A stretch of DNA of 64,000 nt from a virus (Duplodnaviria; Caudoviricetes): the IMG/VR virus record IMGVR_UViG_3300031993_000006, positions 96,001 through 160,000 of that record, one strand, 5' to 3'. The stretch's first letter is position 1. Each line of letters begins with the position of its first letter. Of the stretch, positions 47,490-55,026 are shown in pieces. Below the pieces are notes generated by a model that saw only the letters and a list, made by a program, of their open reading frames with translations, made no database searches and had not been told where the DNA came from. The position numbers were made by a program, and so were the translations under genes.

Positions 47490-48488
47490 ATGGATAATCA
47501 GTTACAGGATATCATGCCGCAGGACGAGAACTTGTCCAACGCGCTTATGGCGGGATACAATGCCGCTAGACAGATGAATTTCAAGGATACATCTAAAAAG
47601 GTGCTTAATTTCACCCACAACGACCTGGATGGCGTCGTTGCCGGAATCGTGGTCAAGAATGTGTTCCCTGATGTCGATGTCTATCCGGTTAACTACAAGG
47701 GTAGCCCGATGTATGATACTGCGGTGGCTCGTATTGCGCAGACCGGCGCAAACTATGACTTTATCCTGTTTACCGACTGGTGTCCGGGCGTGAACGATAC
47801 GGAAATGTATGACGCGCTTCATCAGGCGCGTGTGCCGTTCCTCGTGATTGACCATCACCAGAAAGCGGAGAAGCATCCGGACGACCCGCAGGGTACATTT
47901 GTGATTGATACTTCGAAGTGCGGCGCATATAACTGCTATGAGTTTTTCGGGGATATCAAGGACTTGTCCTATCTTGATACCTTATGCGATGTTACTAACG
48001 ACCACGATATGTGGATTCGTAAGAAAGTTCCGCTTTCCGACCATCTGAATTCTTTGCTGTACCTTATCGGTACCGAGGAATTTGACCGTAAGTACCGTCA
48101 CGGTATGGATGGCTACAATTTGCTTCCTGACGATGCGGAATTAATGCGTAACCACGATGCTGAGGTGGATGCCTATCTCAATTCGTTGAAATTGACTCCG
48201 CTTCCGGGTAATGGCGTATATACTACGGTCGGCAAGTTTAATAGCGAGATTGTTCTCCGCTTGGAAGATAAGTACGACTGGATTGTTCTTAGGTCCGGGC
48301 AGCAGGATGTTCCGGGAATGATAAAACTATCCTTCCGCGCACGGAGAAAGGACCTTAATCTCGGCAAGATTTTGGATAGCCTTGGACGAGGCGGTGGCGG
48401 ACATCCGGGTGCTGCTGGTCAGGTTCTTCCTGAGGCGGATGTGGCTCCATTCATCATGGAAGTCGCAAAGATAATTACTTCAATGTAA
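47490..48488 (+). CDS. DHH/DHHA1 family phosphoesterase
   Basis: THNDLDG, FTD, IDHH, SFR, GGGHPGAAG. Confidence 0.9.
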   Translation: MDNQLQDIMPQDENLSNALMAGYNAARQMNFKDTSKKVLNFTHNDLDGVVAGIVVKNVFPDVDVYPVNYKGSPMYDTAVARIAQTGANYDFILFTDWCPGVNDTEMYDALHQARVPFLVIDHHQKAEKHPDDPQGTFVIDTSKCGAYNCYEFFGDIKDLSYLDTLCDVTNDHDMWIRKKVPLSDHLNSLLYLIGTEEFDRKYRHGMDGYNLLPDDAELMRNHDAEVDAYLNSLKLTPLPGNGVYTTVGKFNSEIVLRLEDKYDWIVLRSGQQDVPGMIKLSFRARRKDLNLGKILDSLGRGGGGHPGAAGQVLPEADVAPFIMEVAKIITSM

Positions 48489-48894
48489 TGGCGATTGCGA
48501 TAACAAAAAGCAAAAGTAGACATACGGTGAACTTTTCACCGAAACTGAACCCGACCGTATCGGGTTCAGTTTTGTTTTTAGGAGGATTGATTGAACCGTT
48601 GTTGGAAATAAAATCTACACAACATATGTTGTATATTTCTGGAATGTTGTCAATCGGCCCGTTGGTAGGTGCGAAAAAGTCGAATGGGGCGTACCCGGGG
48701 TAACTCGTGAGACGGAATATTACATAACCGTCGTTGAATTGGTATTCCCGGATTGAATACTTGATAAACAGCGATTCAGCATCAAATTCGCGGTTTACCG
48801 TGCTGATTAATTTGGCGTATTGTTTGAGGAAATCTTCGGTGTCGATATTTCGGTCGCCGTGGTATGTTACTTTTATTGTATCTAGGTTTAGCAT
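48475..48894 (-). CDS. hypothetical protein with C-terminal transmembrane helix
   Basis: Hydrophobic tail FTVCLLLLFVIAIAITLK; GCTATATTTG 4 nt before ATG. Confidence 0.65.
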   Translation of the reverse strand: MLNLDTIKVTYHGDRNIDTEDFLKQYAKLISTVNREFDAESLFIKYSIREYQFNDGYVIFRLTSYPGYAPFDFFAPTNGPIDNIPEIYNICCVDFISNNGSINPPKNKTEPDTVGFSFGEKFTVCLLLLFVIAIAITLK

Positions 48895-48959
48895 AAAACA
48901 AATATAGCAAAGAAATGCAGCCGGTTGGCTGCCTTTGCTGATTGTTGCGATTAGAATAT

Positions 48960-49376
48960 TTAGTTTGCCGGTGTAGTGGCCGGTATGGCGACCGGCTTGG
49001 CAAAGGAGTTTCGTGTCCAGGTAACACGGAGCTCTTCATAGGCGAATCCCTTCCTGGCTTCCTTGTTTTTGAGGATGATTTGTCCGCGGAACAGGATGCT
49101 GGAACGGGTTTCCGGCGGCAAGCTCATCAGCTCATTGAATGCGCCCAAAAGCTGATTCCATTTCTTGTACATCGGATTGTGCTTAAAGCGACTCATTCTT
49201 TGCACGATGCGGTAGAAGTTTCCCTTGTAGTTCGGGTGGTCGTCGTCCTGCGGGACGACAGATGGCGTTTCTTCGTCGAGGTTGGCGGTTTCTTCAGCGA
49301 TAGCCTGCACTTCGGCGGCGTCCTTTTCCTGGGCGGCCGTTACTTCTTGCATATTTTCTTCGGAAGTCATGTTCAT
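48960..49376 (-). CDS. hypothetical protein
   Basis: ATG 49376 lies downstream of the promoter motif at ~49410-49419. Confidence 0.65.
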   Translation of the reverse strand: MNMTSEENMQEVTAAQEKDAAEVQAIAEETANLDEETPSVVPQDDDHPNYKGNFYRIVQRMSRFKHNPMYKKWNQLLGAFNELMSLPPETRSSILFRGQIILKNKEARKGFAYEELRVTWTRNSFAKPVAIPATTPAN

Positions 49377-49655
49377 AGAAAGTTTCCTGTGGTTAGTTTT
49401 GCTATAACACAAATATAGCAAAATTACCATCGGTCGTAGCAGGGATGTTTCTCCACGGGAGTGATTGCAAGCTTGTCGAGTTCATTGAGGTTGTTGTACC
49501 AGTTTTCCTGATACTGTTTCATCGGGTTACTAACAGCTAACCTAAAATCTACCTAAGCTTACTCAAATATAGCAAAATCTACGAGAAATATGTGTATTTT
49601 TAGGTTGCAAATCGGCATAAAATTTTGTATATTGTTATAAACTTGATGTATAGAG

Positions 49656-49755
49656 GTTCGATGAATTAGTGGCTTTCTTCATTGAACGACAATAAGAGAC
49701 CATTTATGATGGCTCGTTTGATGCTGAAAGCCACAAAAAGTATCGAACGAGCCAT
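49656..49755 (+). ncRNA. structured RNA leader: two hairpins with complementary loops
   Basis: 10-bp and 17-bp stems; loops GTGGCTTTC (49669-49677) and GAAAGCCAC (49726-49734) are exact complements. Confidence 0.65.
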
Positions 49756-49766
49756 TTCTGTATTGT

Positions 49767-51500
49767 ATGAGCAAGCACTGTTGGACATTGAAGGATAGGT
49801 ACGAATCGCAGTTCTCCGCTGCGTTCTATCCTATCATGCTGTCCGACACTAAGCGAGCCGAAATTATCCATAGGGCAGAAGAAATCCGTGCGGTAAGGAA
49901 CGACATATCGGAAGTGTTCTTCTCGGATATGCTCGGCTTCCAGGACATGAGCAAGTTCGAGGCGTTCAACTTCTTCAATCCTACGTTCAACACCCGGCTT
50001 TCCAGCCATTACTTGAAGAAGGCTATCGAAGAAGTATGGAAAGCATACCAGCTAAGGTTTGGTGCAATCCGCAAGAAGATTGAGTTTGTAAAAGTAGAAA
50101 AGCTTGTGCCGTCATTCTATAAGATAAATTCTCATGGACATAAGAAGGGCGAGCTGAAATCTATCGAAGTACATACCAAGAAGACCGAACTAACGAAAGT
50201 ATTGACCTGGCTTGCACGATATGGAAAGGACGAATCCGTTTACTGGCTAGAATCCGTTATCCCTACTGTTGTAGAAACCAAGCAGAAATTCTACCGAACC
50301 ATTCTTGAAAAGATACACAAGTTCGGTTTCGACCGCCTTATGCGATTGGCCTTATCCCGTAGAGAAGCTGTATATGCGAAATATATCGAACGTGGAAAGA
50401 TTACCTTTGATTCGCTCACTTTCAGCGGGCGAAGCCGTATCACGCGTCCTATAGTGGATGCCCGTAGGAACGAGACCGGAAAGTTCGACTATTTCATCGA
50501 GATTTCCTGGGACTGGTCCAGCCAGGCATACCATGGACCTAGTGAGCATACACTGTGCATCCCGTTCAAGTACAACAAGGCATACCACAAGTCACTGCAA
50601 AGATACTGCAATGGTGGAGACACTTCCTATACAATCGTAATCCGAGGAAAGGACATCCACGTAGTCCTGGCAAGGGACGGCTACCGCTACAAGAGCGATG
50701 CAGAAATTACCGAGGAGAATACGGTCGGCATAGATGTCAATTCCAAGCATAACATGTTCGCATTGAGCACCGGAGAGTTCATTCCCCATGACGAGAAGCT
50801 GATTGCCGAACTTGAAGACGAGCTGTTTAAAATCGACAACAAGCAGAAGAACTACGATGCCCGGTTCAAGGAATACGAGGAACATGATGCCTTCAAGATT
50901 TCCAGTAAGGACAAGAAGCGGATAGAAGCCATTACCTTGAAGCTGAACGAATCCAACAAGCGTAGAATTGCCACCATGTGCAAGGACCTTGCCGACCGTG
51001 GATTCAAGCACATTGTAATGGAAAATCTTACAGGATTTCAAGGAAGCAGACTAAATGCCGATGACAAGAAAGGTTTCAACTTAGGACGGTTGCATCTACG
51101 AATTGGACTGTCATCGTTAAAGGATGACGTAGAACATATATCGGCACATTATGGACTGGGCTTCTCGCTCATACAGCCAGAGTATACCTCGAAGATGTGT
51201 CCGGTATGCGGCGGTATAGACGACCGGAACCGCCAGACTCAAGAAGAATTTAAGTGTGTGGACTGCTTGCATGCCGACAATGCAGACTGCAATAGTTCAA
51301 TAAACATCAAGTTCCGCCTTACCTCGACCGTGTTAAGAGGGTACCTACTTGAAGTAGGGGATAGCGGATATAGGTGCTTCCAGCCAAAGAGCTTGTTCGG
51401 GTGGCAAGTAAGGAAGTGCCTAGAAAAGTGCCGTTGCGATGGTCTGTTCAAACGGTCCATAGGAAATCACGAAAAACTTACGATGAGTAAGTTTGAGTAG
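49767..51500 (+). CDS. tnpB: large (577 aa) TnpB/Cas12f-like RuvC nuclease
   Basis: VGIDVN, IVMENL, YTSKMCPVCG..FKCVDC..NADCNSSINI; RuvC D/E/D intact. Confidence 0.88.
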   Translation: MSKHCWTLKDRYESQFSAAFYPIMLSDTKRAEIIHRAEEIRAVRNDISEVFFSDMLGFQDMSKFEAFNFFNPTFNTRLSSHYLKKAIEEVWKAYQLRFGAIRKKIEFVKVEKLVPSFYKINSHGHKKGELKSIEVHTKKTELTKVLTWLARYGKDESVYWLESVIPTVVETKQKFYRTILEKIHKFGFDRLMRLALSRREAVYAKYIERGKITFDSLTFSGRSRITRPIVDARRNETGKFDYFIEISWDWSSQAYHGPSEHTLCIPFKYNKAYHKSLQRYCNGGDTSYTIVIRGKDIHVVLARDGYRYKSDAEITEENTVGIDVNSKHNMFALSTGEFIPHDEKLIAELEDELFKIDNKQKNYDARFKEYEEHDAFKISSKDKKRIEAITLKLNESNKRRIATMCKDLADRGFKHIVMENLTGFQGSRLNADDKKGFNLGRLHLRIGLSSLKDDVEHISAHYGLGFSLIQPEYTSKMCPVCGGIDDRNRQTQEEFKCVDCLHADNADCNSSINIKFRLTSTVLRGYLLEVGDSGYRCFQPKSLFGWQVRKCLEKCRCDGLFKRSIGNHEKLTMSKFE

Positions 51501-51683
51501 ATTTCAGTCAACGGTTGAACTTGAGGTCGTGCATACGCTGGAAGCTAGCGTGTAGGTCGCCCGCTAGGTCGCCGGCCGGTTTCACCGCCTGGAACCACAT
51601 CAGGGTCTGGTTCTTGGGACGGGCTTCCTGTTCTACGGTAGCGTCATTGTAGGTAGGGTCGATGTCGAGCTTGCGGGAGTTTA

Positions 51684-52349
51684 TCAAAGTTCCAACAATC
51701 TGTCGAGTTCTTCCTTGGTCGCTCGCTTGGCTCTGGTGATTGCCGGACGGGTAAGCATCTCTTGTCCCGGTACGGCAAGCGGGTCGGGGTCCTTCTTTTT
51801 GGCTAGATGGGGGAAGTTGGCATCTTTGAATATGTCAATCGGGGTTTTCGGGTCGTCCACATCGGAAAGGTCAGGTTCATCCGGTTGTTCTTGCTTTTCC
51901 TCTTCAGCATGGCGTTTAGCTTCGGCAGCCGCCTGCTCCTGTTCTTTTTTCCAACGGTCGTGGTGCTCACAGTTGACTGATGAGTTCGAAATGTGGTCCA
52001 TTTCGGATGTGTCGTCGAGGTTGCTGAAATTCCATTTGAACCTGATGTCGGCAGCCGTCAGCTTATATTTATGGATTAGGCCGGGAGAAACCTGCCGACG
52101 AAGGAATTCGGTCAGTCGAGGGGATATCGGGCGTGGGTTTTTGGGTGGCTGGATTTTCAGGACTGCGAGATAGAATTCGTCGCATATGTCCTCGTCACCG
52201 CCTAGTTCTCGCAATATTTCTCGGGCGATGCCCGTTATTTGCATTTCGCCCATTGCGGTTGCCGGGATACGATGTTTTTTCGCGTTGATTTTCAGAAGGG
52301 TGCTTATGAACGCCTGATTGTTGATTATGAGTCTATCGATATCTGCCAT
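51684..52349 (-). CDS. hypothetical protein
   Basis: GCTATATTTG 5 nt before ATG. Confidence 0.7.
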   Translation of the reverse strand: MADIDRLIINNQAFISTLLKINAKKHRIPATAMGEMQITGIAREILRELGGDEDICDEFYLAVLKIQPPKNPRPISPRLTEFLRRQVSPGLIHKYKLTAADIRFKWNFSNLDDTSEMDHISNSSVNCEHHDRWKKEQEQAAAEAKRHAEEEKQEQPDEPDLSDVDDPKTPIDIFKDANFPHLAKKKDPDPLAVPGQEMLTRPAITRAKRATKEELDRLLEL

Positions 52350-52402
52350 AATCTCAAATATAGCAAAGAAATACCATAAACTATGAATACCGAGGTGTTC
52401 AA

Positions 52403-53164
52403 ATGAATGTGCATTTTATAACTACTGATGATATGGCCCGCTACATCATATCCCGCATGGGTGGGCAGGTCAATGAGATTGAGATGGTCGTCGAGGAGCA
52501 TCACGGTCTTGGCCATGTGTATATGGCTATCAATGATACTGCCGACTACTTCTACCGCTACTGCTTCGACGAGGCGGCTTATGTGGACTATATGCTCATC
52601 CGGTTGCAGCCGGGTGTCATCGAGTACCATGTCCCTGACGAGGTGATGAATGTGGTCGAGCTTATGCCTAGTTACGGCAATACCTTTAGCCCGATGATGG
52701 CTTGGGATGTCGGGCCGGGTGAATCGCTAATTGGTGTCGGTGGTGCCGGTATGGGCGGCCTTGGACAGTTTGACCTAGTGACTATGGCCGGCGCAATGCG
52801 GTATCTTGCAGATGTCCAGAAGTTCGCTGGTACCCAGTATAACATCAAGCTGCACCCGGTCGACCATATCTTGCGCGTATTCCCGACCCCGAAGACCTGT
52901 CGTAATGCGCTTGCTTGCGTATATACGAAGGCAAAAAAATCTGAACTTTACAATAATGTCATTTTCCGCGATATGGCGGTGGCCCGTGCGCAGATTCAGC
53001 TTGGCGATATCCTGAAGAGGGACGACTACGCAATTCCGGGTGGCGGCAAGATTAACGGTTCGCTGATTTATACCGATGCGATGACCCGGTGGAAGGACCT
53101 ATTCGACCTGATGAAGCAGGAAGCTCCGGGTCCGCTGATGATGACTGACTTGAGCGGTCTCTAA
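52403..53164 (+). CDS. gp13: neck protein, T4 gp13-like
   Basis: YIISRMGG.VNEIE, AQIQLGDILKR..IPGGGKING; late promoter 52376-52382. Confidence 0.82.
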   Translation: MNVHFITTDDMARYIISRMGGQVNEIEMVVEEHHGLGHVYMAINDTADYFYRYCFDEAAYVDYMLIRLQPGVIEYHVPDEVMNVVELMPSYGNTFSPMMAWDVGPGESLIGVGGAGMGGLGQFDLVTMAGAMRYLADVQKFAGTQYNIKLHPVDHILRVFPTPKTCRNALACVYTKAKKSELYNNVIFRDMAVARAQIQLGDILKRDDYAIPGGGKINGSLIYTDAMTRWKDLFDLMKQEAPGPLMMTDLSGL

Positions 53165-53171
53165 AATACAA

Positions 53172-53195
53172 GAGCCTCGGGAAATCCCGGGGCTC
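53172..53195. terminator. hairpin between convergent genes
   Basis: GAGCCTCGGG-aaat-CCCGGGGCTC. Confidence 0.65.
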
Positions 53196-53225
53196 CTGGC
53201 GTTTAATGTGCTCATTTGGAGCAGT

Positions 53226-53909
53226 CTATTTGAATTTCAGTGATTCCGCACACTGGGTAACTGCATTGACGCTTGCTTTGCTGTAGCGGATGGCTTGCAT
53301 GGCACAGCCAACTTCGCGCAACTTCTTACGGATACCTACATATACGAGGAAGGTCGCCTTGGCGTCGGATAGTGCGGTATGGGCCTTGTCGTTGGTTACG
53401 CCGAGGATTTCACACACTGTGTTTAACCTGCGGTCCGGCCAATTATCGGGCTCAAGTCCACTAGCCTCATAAAGCAGGTCGAGTAGTTGAATGGTGTCAT
53501 CAACTCTGAAGCTATCCAGTTGGTGACGGTAGAAGTCCTTCATGTATATTTGAATGAACTTCTTGTCAAATTTGAAGTTGTGAGCGATGAGTGTAGTCCA
53601 GAACCCTTTGTTGGCGTGTTCTGCGAGCATAGCGGTCATTTTTTCTTCGACTTCTGATACAAGGAGTCCAGTTGTTTCTAGTTCTTCTAGATTGAGGTGG
53701 TTAATATCTTCGACTGCATGTTTGTCGATTGTTTTGTCGGCGAATTGGCTCGGCTTGAAGTTCCATTCCCCTTCAGCCAGAGTTTCGTACTGCAGTGTTT
53801 CGGCGTCAAGTTCATAAATACCCATGCCGATTTGGAGGATGGGATTTTTACTAGCGTAAAGACCTGCAGTTTCGGTATCTATTGAGATGATGATTCGTTT
53901 GTCGTTCAT
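53226..53909 (-). CDS. DEDDh 3'-5' exonuclease (DnaQ-like)
   Basis: IDTETAG, AHNFKFD, HTALSD. Confidence 0.92.
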   Translation of the reverse strand: MNDKRIIISIDTETAGLYASKNPILQIGMGIYELDAETLQYETLAEGEWNFKPSQFADKTIDKHAVEDINHLNLEELETTGLLVSEVEEKMTAMLAEHANKGFWTTLIAHNFKFDKKFIQIYMKDFYRHQLDSFRVDDTIQLLDLLYEASGLEPDNWPDRRLNTVCEILGVTNDKAHTALSDAKATFLVYVGIRKKLREVGCAMQAIRYSKASVNAVTQCAESLKFK

Positions 53910-53927
53910 ACGACAAATATAGCAAAA

Positions 53928-54944
53928 TTACCACTTGCCGATGAGGTCGCCGCACGGGAAGTATCCCGGGTCGTTCGTGACATCCTTGACACACTGGTCG
54001 ACTTCAGCCGGTGTAAACAGGACATCCTGCTTGAGTTGCAGCAGGGTTTCTTTGTCGAGTGCGAGCGGGTTCCCCGTGCTGGTCGGGTTAGTAGCGACGG
54101 CGGAACCGTCTGTAGCGTTCCCGAGGGATGTCGAACCGAACAGGTTGTCGATGAAGTGCTGCTGGAGCGGGTTGTCCTTGACTTCCTGCGCGACATTCTG
54201 CCCGTCGTCTGTTGCGGTGTCGATGTATGCCTTCCACCAGTACTTGTGCCACATGTACTCGTACTCCGGCCAGTTGTCGGTTATCGAGTTTACCGAGAAG
54301 AGAATATTGTTGTACTCCGGCTTGAGAAGGTCGCCTGCCTTGGGGAATATCTGCTGTGCGGTATACCCGTGGTATACGAATGTGTCGTAGCCGCGCTGCC
54401 AATATTCATCGTTGTGAAGCCCGACATCGCAAAGGGGCTTGATTCCGGCATCCATAAGGCTACGGTAGTTGCGCTCGAGGAACAGGCCCATGTGGATGGC
54501 GACTTCTGTCTTGTCGGTGAACTGTATGCCGAAGCGCTTGTAGAATTCGTTCTGAGGGTTGAAGGTAATTTGGAGCGGCATCTCGAACACACGGTCAATC
54601 GTACGGGAGTTGTCTTCCTTGGTAAGCGGGTTGGCCGAGGTGTCGAATGTCGTGGTGTAGTACAGGAAGGATGTGCCGTGGTTCTCCATGAAGTCACGGG
54701 TGAGGTCCTTGTACTTCTGCTGTGCGTGGAAAGCGTTCTGCCTGCGGTAGAAGCTGCCGTAACCGTGCCGGGTGTGTGACTCGAAGTCTGGCTTGGAATA
54801 ATGTGAGCGCGGACTGCGCTGGACGAACCCGGCAGACTTGTCTTCCCAGAAGGGCTTCGATACATTGGCCTGTACACTGAACTCCGGCACTAGGACATGA
54901 CGGGCGCGCACATAGCCTTCAATGATAAGCGGTATACTTGGCAA
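53928..54944 (-). CDS. gp14: neck/head-completion protein, T4 gp14-like
   Basis: FYKRFGIQFTD and PKAGDLL; minus-strand late promoter 54963-54969. Confidence 0.65.
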   Translation of the reverse strand: MPSIPLIIEGYVRARHVLVPEFSVQANVSKPFWEDKSAGFVQRSPRSHYSKPDFESHTRHGYGSFYRRQNAFHAQQKYKDLTRDFMENHGTSFLYYTTTFDTSANPLTKEDNSRTIDRVFEMPLQITFNPQNEFYKRFGIQFTDKTEVAIHMGLFLERNYRSLMDAGIKPLCDVGLHNDEYWQRGYDTFVYHGYTAQQIFPKAGDLLKPEYNNILFSVNSITDNWPEYEYMWHKYWWKAYIDTATDDGQNVAQEVKDNPLQQHFIDNLFGSTSLGNATDGSAVATNPTSTGNPLALDKETLLQLKQDVLFTPAEVDQCVKDVTNDPGYFPCGDLIGKW

Positions 54945-54962
54945 CTTGTTACCTCGGGATAC

Positions 54963-55000
54963 AGTTTATATCCTGTGGGGGTTCCCGGGGTATATAAACT
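54963..55000. promoter_or_regulatory. divergent pair of late promoters (AGTTTAT..ATAAACT)
   Basis: Lies between the gp14-like and gp6-like genes; the same arrangement occurs at 42236-42258 and 46252-46271. Confidence 0.75.
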
Positions 55001-55026
55001 ACCGATAATTGAAGAGGAATGGGAAA

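Larger units (their letters stand above)
49527..51514 (+). mobile_element. IS607-like non-autonomous element (tnpB only)
   Basis: GG at both junctions; subterminal imperfect inverted repeats AAATCTACCTAAGCTTACTC (left) and GAGTAAGTTTGAGTAGATTT (right); ends in AACGG; removal restores an ORF. Confidence 0.78.
49424..51687 (-). pseudogene. 91-aa phage gene split by the IS607-like element (parts 51687-51515 and 49526-49424)
   Basis: Joining the flanks at the shared GG gives 276 nt, open from TTG (TTGA overlap with the upstream stop) to TAA: ..HDLKFN-P-MKQYQENW..CYDRW*. Confidence 0.75.

Noticed and set aside
49527-51514. IStron (group I intron-IS chimera)
   Set aside because: The interrupted gene is antisense to tnpB and to the structured leader, and no group I core is recognisable in the short non-coding parts.
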